DNA from: an uncultured Aliarcobacter sp.
GTDB taxonomy: Bacteria > Campylobacterota > Campylobacteria > Campylobacterales > Arcobacteraceae
Length of the DNA stretch: 64,000 nt
Assembly: GCA_963677435.1 (NCBI GenBank)
Contig: OY781945.1
Coordinates: 1,920,001-1,984,000, forward strand
Direction: 5' to 3'
Below, piece by piece: positions 11,499 to 21,639 of this stretch. The position numbers were made by a program, and so were the translations under genes. Below the pieces are notes generated by a model. It searched no databases, was not told the origin of the DNA, and worked only from the letters and a program-made list of their open reading frames with translations. Every line of letters starts with the position of its first letter. Positions within the stretch are counted from its first letter, which is position 1.

Positions 11499-11666
11499 AT
11501 CCGAGTAGCCGTTAACCATTAAAATGGCCCTAAAAGCCAAGAATCGCACATGAGCGTATATTTTAGGAGCAAAAACGCATTGAATTGCTGCACACCATAC
11601 AACTGCTGCCATGTACAAAAATAATTTATCGGACCCACAACAATGGAAATCCCGAACTACTTAGAT
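11499..11666 (-). ncRNA. ssrS: 6S RNA (purD-upstream motif of Campylobacterota)
   Basis: GC-richer ~170 nt intergenic segment upstream of purD with complementary ends (TCTAAGTAGTT ... GGCTACTCGGA), a -10 TAAAAT at 11673-11678 and a trailing U-run; 6S RNA is known at this position in Campylobacter/Helicobacter; ends approximate. Confidence 0.75.
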
Positions 11667-11701
11667 TGTCTTATTTTATCTAAAGATGTTTAAATTTGAG
11701 T

Positions 11702-12334
11702 TTAAAAAAAAGATTGCTTAGCAAGATTTACGCATTCATCTATTGATGTTGTAAAACTTATAGTATATTCAATTCCTTTTGGTAAATAAAACGCTGTTGT
11801 TTTTCCTATTACGATTGCTTTATAAGAATCTTTCCAAGAGTATTGATTAAAGAAGCATTCAATACTAGAAGGAGAGGTAAAAATGAATACAGAATTCTCT
11901 TCTAAATCTACATTTGTTTTTTTACAAGAAGTTTTATATGCCACTAATTCATCGACATAAATTTCATTATCTTTTAATATTTCAACCAAATTAGATACAG
12001 TTTTTAAAGCTTTTACATAAAGTACTTTTTTATTTTTTAGCAAAGAAATTAATTCTTGTGCAAATTCATTTCCATGGGAAGTTACTCCTGTGAAATTAAC
12101 TTTTCCACCTAATTTTTCTATTATTTGTGATGTTTTAACAGCAATAGCATAAGAGTTTATTTTTTTCCAATCTTTATTAAAAGAATCCAAAGAATAAACT
12201 GCATTTTTTGAAGTAAAAATTAATGCATCATAATTCGATAAATCGATATCTGATTTGATATATTCAATATGAAAAACTTCTAAATTCTCTACATTTGAAT
12301 ATTTTTGATTACTTAAAAGATAAATTTTAGCCAT
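11702..12334 (-). CDS. hemD: Uroporphyrinogen-III synthase
   Basis: LIFTSKNAV, AYKT, FTSPSS, IGKTTA. Confidence 0.85.
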   Translation of the reverse strand: MAKIYLLSNQKYSNVENLEVFHIEYIKSDIDLSNYDALIFTSKNAVYSLDSFNKDWKKINSYAIAVKTSQIIEKLGGKVNFTGVTSHGNEFAQELISLLKNKKVLYVKALKTVSNLVEILKDNEIYVDELVAYKTSCKKTNVDLEENSVFIFTSPSSIECFFNQYSWKDSYKAIVIGKTTAFYLPKGIEYTISFTTSIDECVNLAKQSFF

Positions 12335-13901
12335 TATTTATTAACTCATATTTTTGTGTGTAATTTATCGCATCATCTAAATTATGATAAATTTTTATAT
12401 TCTTAAACAAGTTAGCCGTATCTACTGCTAATACTTTTTTCTTATGTCGATATTTTAAAACTAATATTATTTCTAAATCTTTACTTTTAAAATTTTCAAT
12501 TATTTCTTCTAATGTAAAAATTGCAGATATATCTAAAAAAGAGACATTTAAACAATCTATAATTATTTTTTTACTTCTTTTTACTTTTTCTAATCTAACA
12601 TCTAAAGCAGATGCTGTTCCAAAAAACAAAGAACCATTTACCTTTATAATTTCAATATCATGATTTTCAATATCTATATCAAAAGCAACTTTAGATCTTT
12701 TTGTTTTTATTTGAGTATTTTTAGAAACTTGATAAACAGCTATTATTGAAGAAATTGTAATACCAACACCAACAGCCATGATTAAATCAACAAATATTGT
12801 AAGTAAAAATACAGTTATCATAATAATTAAATCTTGTCTTGATACTTTATTTAAGACTTTTAGAAATTTATAATCTAAAATATCAAAACCAACTTTTATT
12901 AAAATTCCAGATAATACAGCTAGTGGAATTTTAGAAGCAAGTGGCGCTAAAAAAAGTACTATCACTAAAAGCGTAATAGAATGAACCATCCCTGATAATT
13001 TGGTTGTTGCTCCACTATTTATGTTTATTACTGTTCTCATGGTTGCCCCAGCTCCTGGAATTGCTCCAAAAAATGAACAAACCATATTTCCAAGACCTTG
13101 ACCAATTAACTCTTTTTTAGAATCATGTTTTGTTTTTGTTTTAGAATCTGCAACAACAGAAGTTAATAATGAATCGATAGTTCCCAAAAGTGCCAGTGTA
13201 ATAGCAAGGGTTAAAATAGTACTTAATTTTAAGAAATCAAATGAAATTGGTAGAACAAATTCAGGTAATCCCATAGGAATTTTACCAATTGTTGTAATAT
13301 TAAAATCCATAAAAATAGAAAAATAAGTTACAAAAACTAAAGCAATTAATGCAGGAGGTACAATTCTTGATATTTTTTTTGGAGTTAAAAACATTATTGA
13401 TAAAGTAATTGTTGCAATAATAATTGCTTCATAATTTAATTTTTTTATAGTATCCAAAAGATGGGTTAAAGTATAAACTATTGAACTATAACCCTCAACA
13501 CCTAAAAAAGGATTTATTTGTAAAATTATAATAATTACACCAATTCCACACATAAAACCTGAAATCACGGGATATGGAATATATTTTATCCATTTTCCAA
13601 TTCCTATAATTCCAAAAGATATTTGCATTATTCCTGCTAAAAAAATAACTGTCATAACTGTAGAAAAATCGTTTGGGAAAGTGGCTATTGTAGTTGCTAC
13701 AATAACTGTCATAGGACCTGTTGGTCCTGAGATTTGAGTAGGAGTCCCTCCAAAAGCAGCTGCAAAAAAACCTAATATAATTGCACCATATAAACCTGCA
13801 ATTGCTCCAGCTCCACTTGCAACTCCAAAAGCTAAAGCTAAAGGAAGAGCAACAACAGCAGCTGTTACCCCTGCAAATATATCATTTTTTACTCTAGTCA
13901 A
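12327..13901 (-). CDS. SulP/SLC26 family anion (bicarbonate/sulfate) transporter with STAS domain
   Basis: AGVTAAVVALPLALAFG, ISGPTGPM, PGAGATMRT, C-terminal STAS (GSLFFG). Confidence 0.9.
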   Translation of the reverse strand: MTRVKNDIFAGVTAAVVALPLALAFGVASGAGAIAGLYGAIILGFFAAAFGGTPTQISGPTGPMTVIVATTIATFPNDFSTVMTVIFLAGIMQISFGIIGIGKWIKYIPYPVISGFMCGIGVIIIILQINPFLGVEGYSSIVYTLTHLLDTIKKLNYEAIIIATITLSIMFLTPKKISRIVPPALIALVFVTYFSIFMDFNITTIGKIPMGLPEFVLPISFDFLKLSTILTLAITLALLGTIDSLLTSVVADSKTKTKHDSKKELIGQGLGNMVCSFFGAIPGAGATMRTVININSGATTKLSGMVHSITLLVIVLFLAPLASKIPLAVLSGILIKVGFDILDYKFLKVLNKVSRQDLIIMITVFLLTIFVDLIMAVGVGITISSIIAVYQVSKNTQIKTKRSKVAFDIDIENHDIEIIKVNGSLFFGTASALDVRLEKVKRSKKIIIDCLNVSFLDISAIFTLEEIIENFKSKDLEIILVLKYRHKKKVLAVDTANLFKNIKIYHNLDDAINYTQKYELINNG

Positions 13902-13924
13902 GGAAAACTCCTAAAAAGTTAAGG

Positions 13925-15400
13925 TTATTTAGTATCTCTTTCTAAATATTCTTCATCACCCATTTTATCATGTTTTCCACGAGCAATTACGTGAATAGGT
14001 GTTCCCTCAAAATTAAAATTATCTCTTAAATAATTTATTAAATATCTTTTATATGTAAAGTGTAAAAGATTTGGTTTATTCATTACTAATGCAATTCTTG
14101 GTGGATTCGTATCGAATTGAGTTGTATAATAAATTCTCAGATATGCACCATTTGGACTTGGAAGTGAGTGTCTCATAACTGCTTCTTCAATAACTCTATG
14201 TAATTTAGAAGTTGGAATTCTTTGTGTATAGTTATTGAAAATTTCTATAATTTTATCTTTTAATCTTTCAATACTTCTTCCAGTTTTTGCTGAAACTGCA
14301 ATGATTGGAGCATAAGATAAAAATCTAAATCTTCTTCTTATTTCTTCTTCCATTTTTTGGAATGTTTCCATGTTTTCATCCCATTTATTTAGAACAATAA
14401 TAGTTGCTAGTCCATATTCATCAACAAGTCCAGCAATTTTTTCATCTAAATCAGAAAGTTCTTTTGAAGCATCTAAGATTACTAAAGCCATATTTGCTTT
14501 TTCTAACATCTCTTTTGTTCTCATTAAAGCAAATTTCTCAATTCCCTCAATACTTCCTCTTCTTCTTAAACCTGCTGTATCAACAAATGTTACATTTTTA
14601 TCTTGATATTCAAAAGATTCATCAACTGGGTCAATTGTAGTACCTGCTATTGGAGAAACTACTGATCTTTCAGCACCAACAATTGCATTAAGAATAGAAG
14701 ATTTTCCAACATTTACTTTTCCTATGATTGCAACTTTGATATTATTATCTATAACTTTATCATCAAGTGTATCTTCTAAAACTGGTTCAAAATTATCATC
14801 TTCTTCACTTGAAAAATCTTCATCATCATCAAAATCTAATTCTCTTTGTTTTTTTAAAGCTTCAGCTTCTTCTAAAGCTACAGTTTCAAGATTAACTGGA
14901 AGGTGTTGATAAATCCAATCAAATAAGTTTTTTGTTCCTCTATTGTGTGAAACTGAAACTCCAAAAAGATTCTCTTCCCCTATTCCAAACTCAAAAAATT
15001 CCCATAATCTTTCTAATTCTTTATCATTATCGATCTTATTTACAACTAAGGCTAACTCTTTTCCTAATCTTTGAAGCTCATAAAATAATTCTTTATCCTT
15101 ATCATCAGGTATATTTTTACCATCAACCATAAAAAGTATTATATCAGCCTCTTTTGCCGTCTCAATAGCTTTTCTTTTTACATTTGAAAATATAGCATCA
15201 TTTGTTTCATCAATACCACCTGTATCTAACATTAATGCTTTTCTATCTAATATTTCAATTTCATGTTTTCTAATATCTCTTGTAGTTCCTGCCATATCAG
15301 ATACAATTGCAATTCTTTTATTTGCAATTCTATTAAATAATGAAGATTTTCCTACATTTGGTTGCCCAATTAGAGCAATTTTTTTTAATGTTTTATCCAT
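13925..15400 (-). CDS. der: Ribosome biogenesis GTPase Der (EngA)
   Basis: Two GTPase domains (GQPNVGKS, GKVNVGKS; DTGG/DTAG; NKID/NKWD) and a KH-like tail. Confidence 0.97.
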   Translation of the reverse strand: MDKTLKKIALIGQPNVGKSSLFNRIANKRIAIVSDMAGTTRDIRKHEIEILDRKALMLDTGGIDETNDAIFSNVKRKAIETAKEADIILFMVDGKNIPDDKDKELFYELQRLGKELALVVNKIDNDKELERLWEFFEFGIGEENLFGVSVSHNRGTKNLFDWIYQHLPVNLETVALEEAEALKKQRELDFDDDEDFSSEEDDNFEPVLEDTLDDKVIDNNIKVAIIGKVNVGKSSILNAIVGAERSVVSPIAGTTIDPVDESFEYQDKNVTFVDTAGLRRRGSIEGIEKFALMRTKEMLEKANMALVILDASKELSDLDEKIAGLVDEYGLATIIVLNKWDENMETFQKMEEEIRRRFRFLSYAPIIAVSAKTGRSIERLKDKIIEIFNNYTQRIPTSKLHRVIEEAVMRHSLPSPNGAYLRIYYTTQFDTNPPRIALVMNKPNLLHFTYKRYLINYLRDNFNFEGTPIHVIARGKHDKMGDEEYLERDTK

Positions 15401-15436
15401 AAATTTTTTTAATCCTAATTTTTTATCATAAACTAA

Positions 15437-15468
15437 AAAAGGTATTAGCTTATATGCTAATACCTTTT
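15437..15468 (-). terminator. Rho-independent terminator after hpf
   Basis: AAAAGGTATTAGC / GCTAATACCTTTT perfect inverted repeat with a T-tract on the minus strand. Confidence 0.75.
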
Positions 15469-15486
15469 CACTAACAAAAACTTTTC

Positions 15487-16029
15487 TTAATACAATCCAA
15501 ATTTACCTTGAATTGAGCTTTTGTAAAGAACTCTCATAACATCATCTTTGTCATAGAATACCTTGAATTGTGCATCAGATGCTTTTAATTCTTCTAATGC
15601 TTCTTCGATATCCATTGGTTTATAAGATGTTAATCTTACAGGAGTGATTTCATCTTCAAATTTTTCTAATTCAAGAGCAATTCCATCTTGAATTTCTGAA
15701 GATTCAACTTCAGTTAATTTTGTAGCTTTGTGAGCTGCAATTTTATCATGATGTCTTCTTAATACTTTAGATACTCTATCAACAGCAATATCAATTGCAG
15801 CATATAAGTCTTTATCTTTTTGTTTTACAACAATTGTATCTAAATGTGCAATATTTAAAGTAAACTCAAAAGAAAAAGCTTTTTTACCATGTTTTTCTTC
15901 TTGAGAAATAATTGCATTCACAGAAATAATGTCTAAGTTATATTTTTTAAATACTTCTACTGAGCTATTAATGTAATCTTTTATTGAATCTGTTAAATCT
16001 ATGTGTCTTCCTACAATTCCTGTATTCAT
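15487..16029 (-). CDS. hpf: Ribosome hibernation promoting factor (long HPF/RaiA)
   Basis: GRHIDLTDSIKDY, DLYAAID, C-terminal KPMDIEEA. Confidence 0.9.
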   Translation of the reverse strand: MNTGIVGRHIDLTDSIKDYINSSVEVFKKYNLDIISVNAIISQEEKHGKKAFSFEFTLNIAHLDTIVVKQKDKDLYAAIDIAVDRVSKVLRRHHDKIAAHKATKLTEVESSEIQDGIALELEKFEDEITPVRLTSYKPMDIEEALEELKASDAQFKVFYDKDDVMRVLYKSSIQGKFGLY

Positions 16030-16213
16030 AACATACTCCTTATATATAATTTATTTATTCTATCATAATATTGTTGAATAGTATATATACTAAAAAAAAA
16101 TAATACTTGTAAAGTATAGCAATATTGAAATATCCAAGATTATTATTTGATTTTAGATTGAAATGTTTAATATTTTATAGATAATTTTATTTTTATTGGA
16201 ATTCAGTTATGCA

Positions 16214-17092
16214 TTAAGCATAACTGAATTTAGAAGAGTTTGATGAAGATAAGTTAGAAACATAAGTATTTAAATCACTATTATTACTTTGATTATTCAT
16301 CATTTTCATAATATTTTTAAAATTACTTAAATCTAAATCTTCAGAGCTACTTTGACTATTAAGTTTTATAGTATCTAATAATAATTTTATACTATCTTTT
16401 GTATCTTGATTTGTAGCTTCTAAAGCTGATGAAGTTGTTTCATCTGTTGAAATTCCAAGTGCAGCATTTTTTTCCTCTTGAGAAACAATACCATCTTTAT
16501 TTGTGTCTAGTTCATCATATTCTTCATCTTGAACTATTGAACTTCCACCACCTCCACCTGCTGGAGCTGATTGAGATTGTTGAGCGTTGCTAGAACTTGA
16601 AACTTGATCAAAAGCAGTAGATAGCTCATCGCTTGAAACTGAACCATCACTATTTGTATCTAGTGCTGAGAATTCATCATCACTTAATAAAGAAACTTCA
16701 TCTGAACTTAAAAGTGAATCTCCATTTGAGTCATATTGAGACATAATTAATGAACTAAAATCACTCCCTGCTGTACTACTGCTATTAGTATTTGGAATTG
16801 GTGGTTCAGGCATTTCAAGACCTAAATCGGAGAGTAAACTTGCAAACTCATCTTTTGATGGCATTTCACCATCAAAAGATGATAACTTGTTATCAATTGC
16901 ACTTGCTATTTCATCTTGTGTAACTAAACTATCACCATTTGAGTCTAATGTTGAAAATTGATCTTCACTAATTCCTAATTCATCTATACTTAAAGAAGAA
17001 TCAGAATTTATATCACTTTTGCTTATGATGTCTTTTGAAATATTACTTACAGGTGACATCATACCCATAGAACTATACGAAGAAATTGTCAT
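16214..17092 (-). CDS. Acidic Ser-rich EF-hand calcium-binding protein
   Basis: Five EF-hand-type loops: DINSDSSLSIDE, DSNGDSLVTQDE, DSNGDSLLSSDE, DTNSDGSVSSDE, DTNKDGIVSQEE. Confidence 0.8.
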   Translation of the reverse strand: MTISSYSSMGMMSPVSNISKDIISKSDINSDSSLSIDELGISEDQFSTLDSNGDSLVTQDEIASAIDNKLSSFDGEMPSKDEFASLLSDLGLEMPEPPIPNTNSSSTAGSDFSSLIMSQYDSNGDSLLSSDEVSLLSDDEFSALDTNSDGSVSSDELSTAFDQVSSSSNAQQSQSAPAGGGGGSSIVQDEEYDELDTNKDGIVSQEEKNAALGISTDETTSSALEATNQDTKDSIKLLLDTIKLNSQSSSEDLDLSNFKNIMKMMNNQSNNSDLNTYVSNLSSSNSSKFSYA

Positions 17093-17113
17093 AATAACTC
17101 CTTTTTTTCTTTT

Positions 17114-17145
17114 ATCTTATTCTTTTATGGTAAACAATGGGTAAC
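17114..17145 (-). promoter_or_regulatory. Direct-repeat box plus -10 upstream of the EF-hand gene
   Basis: Minus strand GTTAC-N6-TTTAC-N10-TAAGAT. Confidence 0.65.
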
Positions 17146-17151
17146 ATTTTA

Positions 17152-18489
17152 TTAAGAACTTGAATCATCAATTATTGCTTGTAAAGATGCAAAATCATTT
17201 TCCATTTGTGTAATAAGTACAGTATAAGAGGCAAATTGTGTAGCCATTTGGTCATATTTTTCATCTAATTTATCTGATGCTGTTTGATAATCTGTATCTA
17301 ATGTATCAAGCCTTGAACTTAATCTATCTGAATAAGTAGATAATAAACCTCCATCTAAACTATCAAGAGAAGTTAAATAAGTTTTTAGTTTTGTTCCAAT
17401 TCCTTCTTTTTCAGCATAACCAACAAATAACTCTTTTAAATCATCATAATTATCTGATATTGCTGTAGATAATTCTGTATCATCAATTTGCATATAACCG
17501 CTACTATCAAATGATATACCATATTTAAATAAATTTTCTTCATTATCTAAACCATAATTTCCAAATAAAATATTTTTAATATCACTCATCATTGTTTTTA
17601 ATGTACTTGAGTCTGATATTACAGCTGCATTATCTTCATCACCTAAAATATATGAATTTACTAAATCAACTAAATCATTATATTTATCTGCCATGTTATT
17701 TATTCCATCAATTAAAGATGAATCATCTCTTTCCATGGTGATAGTTGAAGTTCCCTCAGAAATTGCTTTAATTATTAAGCCATTTTGCATAGTTACTTTA
17801 TTTGAAGATAAATCATAATCAACTCCATCAATTGTGGCATTCATATTCTGTGCAGTTAAAACATGATTATCTTCATCATTTAATCCTAAATCAATATCTG
17901 TTTGAGTAATAGTTAAAGCATTAGAAAGTCCACTCTCATTACTTTTTATAACCATTCGATAACTACTATCACCAACTTGTTCCAATGCTGCATCTAAATC
18001 AGGATAGTTATTCATTTCAGAGATAAGTGTCTCATAAGTTTTACCATCTGCTGAAAAATCATATGTATTATCTCCAATTGAAATACTTATTGTTCCACTA
18101 TCCATTGTTGAAGTTTTATCTGTAATTAAATTGGATTGATAAACATCTTTCTGAGCTAATTGTGTAACATTTACACTTATTGTTCCAGGTTCAAGATCAC
18201 TTGTATCTGTTGCATCAAAAGATGCAGAAGTACCTGATGTTGATGCTGTAATTTCATCAAAAATATTTGTTCCACTAGTAAATAAGTCGAAATCTTTTAC
18301 AATATCTAAAAAATCTGTAACCATTGTTTCTATTTCAGTTACTGCATCAATCTCAGCTTGTGTATCTTCTTCTTCTGCCGTAATTGGGTCTAATATACTT
18401 GTGCTTTCTGCTGCTTTTAGTTTTGCTATTAATTCTGAATTTAAATCAAGACTTCCAGAGCTTCCTAGTCCTAATATTCCATCTGCCAT
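17152..18489 (-). CDS. fliD: Flagellar filament cap protein FliD homologue
   Basis: GILGLGSSGSL N-terminus, VTQLAQKD, AQN..ATIDG, C-terminal coiled coil KYDQMATQF. Confidence 0.85.
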   Translation of the reverse strand: MADGILGLGSSGSLDLNSELIAKLKAAESTSILDPITAEEEDTQAEIDAVTEIETMVTDFLDIVKDFDLFTSGTNIFDEITASTSGTSASFDATDTSDLEPGTISVNVTQLAQKDVYQSNLITDKTSTMDSGTISISIGDNTYDFSADGKTYETLISEMNNYPDLDAALEQVGDSSYRMVIKSNESGLSNALTITQTDIDLGLNDEDNHVLTAQNMNATIDGVDYDLSSNKVTMQNGLIIKAISEGTSTITMERDDSSLIDGINNMADKYNDLVDLVNSYILGDEDNAAVISDSSTLKTMMSDIKNILFGNYGLDNEENLFKYGISFDSSGYMQIDDTELSTAISDNYDDLKELFVGYAEKEGIGTKLKTYLTSLDSLDGGLLSTYSDRLSSRLDTLDTDYQTASDKLDEKYDQMATQFASYTVLITQMENDFASLQAIIDDSSS

Positions 18490-18500
18490 TTTATCTCCTT

Positions 18501-20102
18501 TTACATTGCTAATAAAGTTTGTAGCATTTCATCTACTGCTGTAATTATTTTTGCATTTGCTTCATATACTGATTGAAATTTAAGAAGATTTACCATTTCT
18601 TCATCTGAATCAACTTTTGTTAGGTTGTTATATGTTGTTTCTAATGAATTTACTATTGCATCTTGAGCTTCAAGTTTAAAGCTATTATTTTCAACATTAG
18701 AAGAAACATTTACTAATAGATTTTGATAAAATTCACTAAAAGAAGTTTTTGAAGTTGTTCCAATAGTTAAATTCGTATCCCATTGTATTGATGACAAGTT
18801 TTCTAAATCATTATTTGTTAATGAACTTACATTATCAGAAATAAAATCTAAAGAATCTACACTTGAACCTTTAAATAATGGTGTTTCACTATTTGAATTT
18901 ACTGTTTCAACTAATGCTTTTGCAAATTGATCTAAACTATTTTTATATGCATATATATTTGAAGTTGATGTAGTAAGTTCTTGTGTTATTGCCTTTAATG
19001 AACCACTTGTTAGAGATAAATCATTGTTATAAATTGCTAATGAAACATTATTTTCAGCTTCGACTGACTTATCATTTTTTGATATTTCAGTTCCATTTGC
19101 TGAAATAGAAATGTCAAATTTCCCCTCTTCCCCTTCAGTATTTGATTTTATAATCAAGTTATTACTTGAATCTAAATATGCCGTATAATTTGAAAAGTTT
19201 GAATCTGTATTTACAGTATCAACTATTTGTTGTTTTAACTCATTTTCATCTGTTCCACTAACATTAGCACTTAAAGTAAGTGTAGTTGTATTATTTAGTG
19301 TTATTGATATTTCATCTCCATCACTGAAGTTATTATCATTTAAATCACTTGAATTATAAATATCTTTTTGCGCAATATTTTCTTTTTTAATACTTACTTC
19401 AGATAAATTTGTATCATTAAAAATAACACTTACTCCAGCAATTTTTAAATTGTAAGTATCACTATTTCTATTTACTTCTATATCAACATAATTTGATAAC
19501 TCTTTCTCAAGTGCATCTCTTTTATCTAATAAATCACTTGAAGCATCACTACTATTTTGCATTTGTTTATTTAAAGAAACTATTTGTTCTAAAATATTAT
19601 TTACACTATCTACTTGATCATTTAATAACTTATTTGTACTATCAAGAGTGTCATTTAAATCATTATTTAAAGTTTGTAAACTATTTACCATTAACTCAGA
19701 TTGGGTAGAAAACTCATTTTGATATATTAAATTTGCTGGTTCATCTCTTAATGATTCGATTGAATCAAAAAAATTACTAATAGTTTTAGAAAATCCACTA
19801 GTATCTGTTTCACTAAACATTGTTTCTACATTACTTAATATAGAATCTTTTTGTTCGTAATATGATGACAAACTACTCTGTGCAACTAATTTATCGTATA
19901 AATAAACATTTGTACTTCGTGTAACTCCATCTAAAGATACACCATTTCCTATATCACTTTCAAGACCTGATAATTCAGATGTATTAACTACTCTTTTTAC
20001 ATAGCCTGTAGTATTCTCATTTGCAATATTATTTGATGTAACTTCAACTGAATATCGTGAAGTATCAAGTCCACTTTTGGCTATATATAGTGCATTAATC
20101 AT
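18501..20102 (-). CDS. flgK: Flagellar hook-associated protein FlgK homologue
   Basis: SGL..SNNIANENTTGY, LLDKRD, VDSDEEMVNLLKFQSVYEANAKII. Confidence 0.9.
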   Translation of the reverse strand: MINALYIAKSGLDTSRYSVEVTSNNIANENTTGYVKRVVNTSELSGLESDIGNGVSLDGVTRSTNVYLYDKLVAQSSLSSYYEQKDSILSNVETMFSETDTSGFSKTISNFFDSIESLRDEPANLIYQNEFSTQSELMVNSLQTLNNDLNDTLDSTNKLLNDQVDSVNNILEQIVSLNKQMQNSSDASSDLLDKRDALEKELSNYVDIEVNRNSDTYNLKIAGVSVIFNDTNLSEVSIKKENIAQKDIYNSSDLNDNNFSDGDEISITLNNTTTLTLSANVSGTDENELKQQIVDTVNTDSNFSNYTAYLDSSNNLIIKSNTEGEEGKFDISISANGTEISKNDKSVEAENNVSLAIYNNDLSLTSGSLKAITQELTTSTSNIYAYKNSLDQFAKALVETVNSNSETPLFKGSSVDSLDFISDNVSSLTNNDLENLSSIQWDTNLTIGTTSKTSFSEFYQNLLVNVSSNVENNSFKLEAQDAIVNSLETTYNNLTKVDSDEEMVNLLKFQSVYEANAKIITAVDEMLQTLLAM

Positions 20103-20111
20103 AATTTACAC

Positions 20112-20480
20112 CTAGTAAATTTTTTTGACATCAACAAAATCAATATAAGTCATATTATCATCCAATATAAATCTATTTTCTATTGGATCTATTCCTAGGA
20201 TTTCATAACACACCAGATATATTTTATTATCGCTTGTTGTTTGAATAGAATTAACACTAAATTGGCTAAAGTGTCTACCATCTTTTAATCTACCATCTTC
20301 AACTACTCGATCTATAATATTTACAATATTTGTCATTGTTAATAAATTCATTGATTTTTGTAATTTTAAAACCATAGATTCAAGAGCATCAAAATTTGTA
20401 TTTTGATGGTTATTCATAAAATAACTATAACACTCAATTACTTGAGACTCTAAGTTCTTCATTTCTATATTTGTTTTCAT
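20112..20480 (-). CDS. Hypothetical protein (122 aa) between flgL and flgK
   Basis: ORF with AAGGA RBS, tightly packed in the operon; no recognisable motif. Confidence 0.6.
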   Translation of the reverse strand: MKTNIEMKNLESQVIECYSYFMNNHQNTNFDALESMVLKLQKSMNLLTMTNIVNIIDRVVEDGRLKDGRHFSQFSVNSIQTTSDNKIYLVCYEILGIDPIENRFILDDNMTYIDFVDVKKIY

Positions 20481-20492
20481 TTTAATCCTTTA

Positions 20493-21626
20493 TTAACTTA
20501 AATATTTAACTAAAGATAAGTTATTAACTTTGTTTATAGTTGAATATAATGCTGTATATGTATTTTCTAATGCTTGTGATTCAACAGCAAGTGCAGTTAA
20601 ATCAGCTGCACCAATAGTCTGCTGTAAAAGTTTAAAATTTGTTACTTTTGATTGAACTATTGATTCATAATTTTCTATTGATGAAGTTCTTACTCCTAAT
20701 TGAGAATGGGCTAAATTTGCAGTATCGTAAGCATTACCAATTTTATCTACTGAGTCTGATAAAATAGTATTTGCTTCATCTTCACTTATTGAATTACCAT
20801 TTGAATCTTGTTGTTTTAGTGCATTAATTATTTCATCTAAATCATCAAATACTGAGTGTTTTGACTCTAAAGAAGATGTTCCTATATTTGTTGTTCTAAA
20901 AGTTCCATCACCATTATTTGTAACTGACAATGGTGTATTTGAACTATCTCCATTTAAATATAATCCATCAAAATTACCATCTTTATCTATATCAAGTAAT
21001 TTATATTGATTACCATCTTTATCCAAAATAACTTCATTTTCATCAAAAGTTAAATCTTCTCCTGATTGTGCAATTTCATTTGTATAATATAAAAGTTCTA
21101 AACCATTTATTCCTTGTGCATTATAAGTATTTGTTTCAACATTAACTGTTTTATTATCATTTGAAGATGCATAAGAAATCTTTCCCGTTGTTTCATCTTT
21201 TATAAATGGTTGTGTGGTTGTACTTTTTCCTGAGAAAAGGTACTGATTATTAACTGTACTATTTGCTAAAGAGTAAATGGTATCTTTTAATGCTTCTAAC
21301 TCATTTGCTATTGATTCTTTTCCATCACTATTTGTTGTTGCCGTTGTTGCTTTTAATACTAAAGCTTTTGCAGATTCTAAAGAATCTTTAATACTTGAAG
21401 CTGCTGTATCACTTGTGGTATTATAAGAGTCTGTTAATTGAATTCTTTCAAGTATTGAACTATAAGAATTTACACTATTATTTACAGATAATAATTGATT
21501 ATATTTTGTTGAATCATCACTTCCATTTTGTAAGGCTTCATTGCTACTTAAACCATAAGTTACTTTTTCATTTCTATTATTTAGTAAACTTAAGTTATAC
21601 ATAATTGTACTTATTGAATTAACCAT
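20493..21626 (-). CDS. flgL: Flagellar hook-associated protein 3 (FlgL) homologue
   Basis: LANSTVNNQYLFSG, C-terminal ALYSTINKVNNLSLVKYL typical of FlgL. Confidence 0.8.
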   Translation of the reverse strand: MVNSISTIMYNLSLLNNRNEKVTYGLSSNEALQNGSDDSTKYNQLLSVNNSVNSYSSILERIQLTDSYNTTSDTAASSIKDSLESAKALVLKATTATTNSDGKESIANELEALKDTIYSLANSTVNNQYLFSGKSTTTQPFIKDETTGKISYASSNDNKTVNVETNTYNAQGINGLELLYYTNEIAQSGEDLTFDENEVILDKDGNQYKLLDIDKDGNFDGLYLNGDSSNTPLSVTNNGDGTFRTTNIGTSSLESKHSVFDDLDEIINALKQQDSNGNSISEDEANTILSDSVDKIGNAYDTANLAHSQLGVRTSSIENYESIVQSKVTNFKLLQQTIGAADLTALAVESQALENTYTALYSTINKVNNLSLVKYLS

Positions 21627-21639
21627 AATAAATTCCTAA

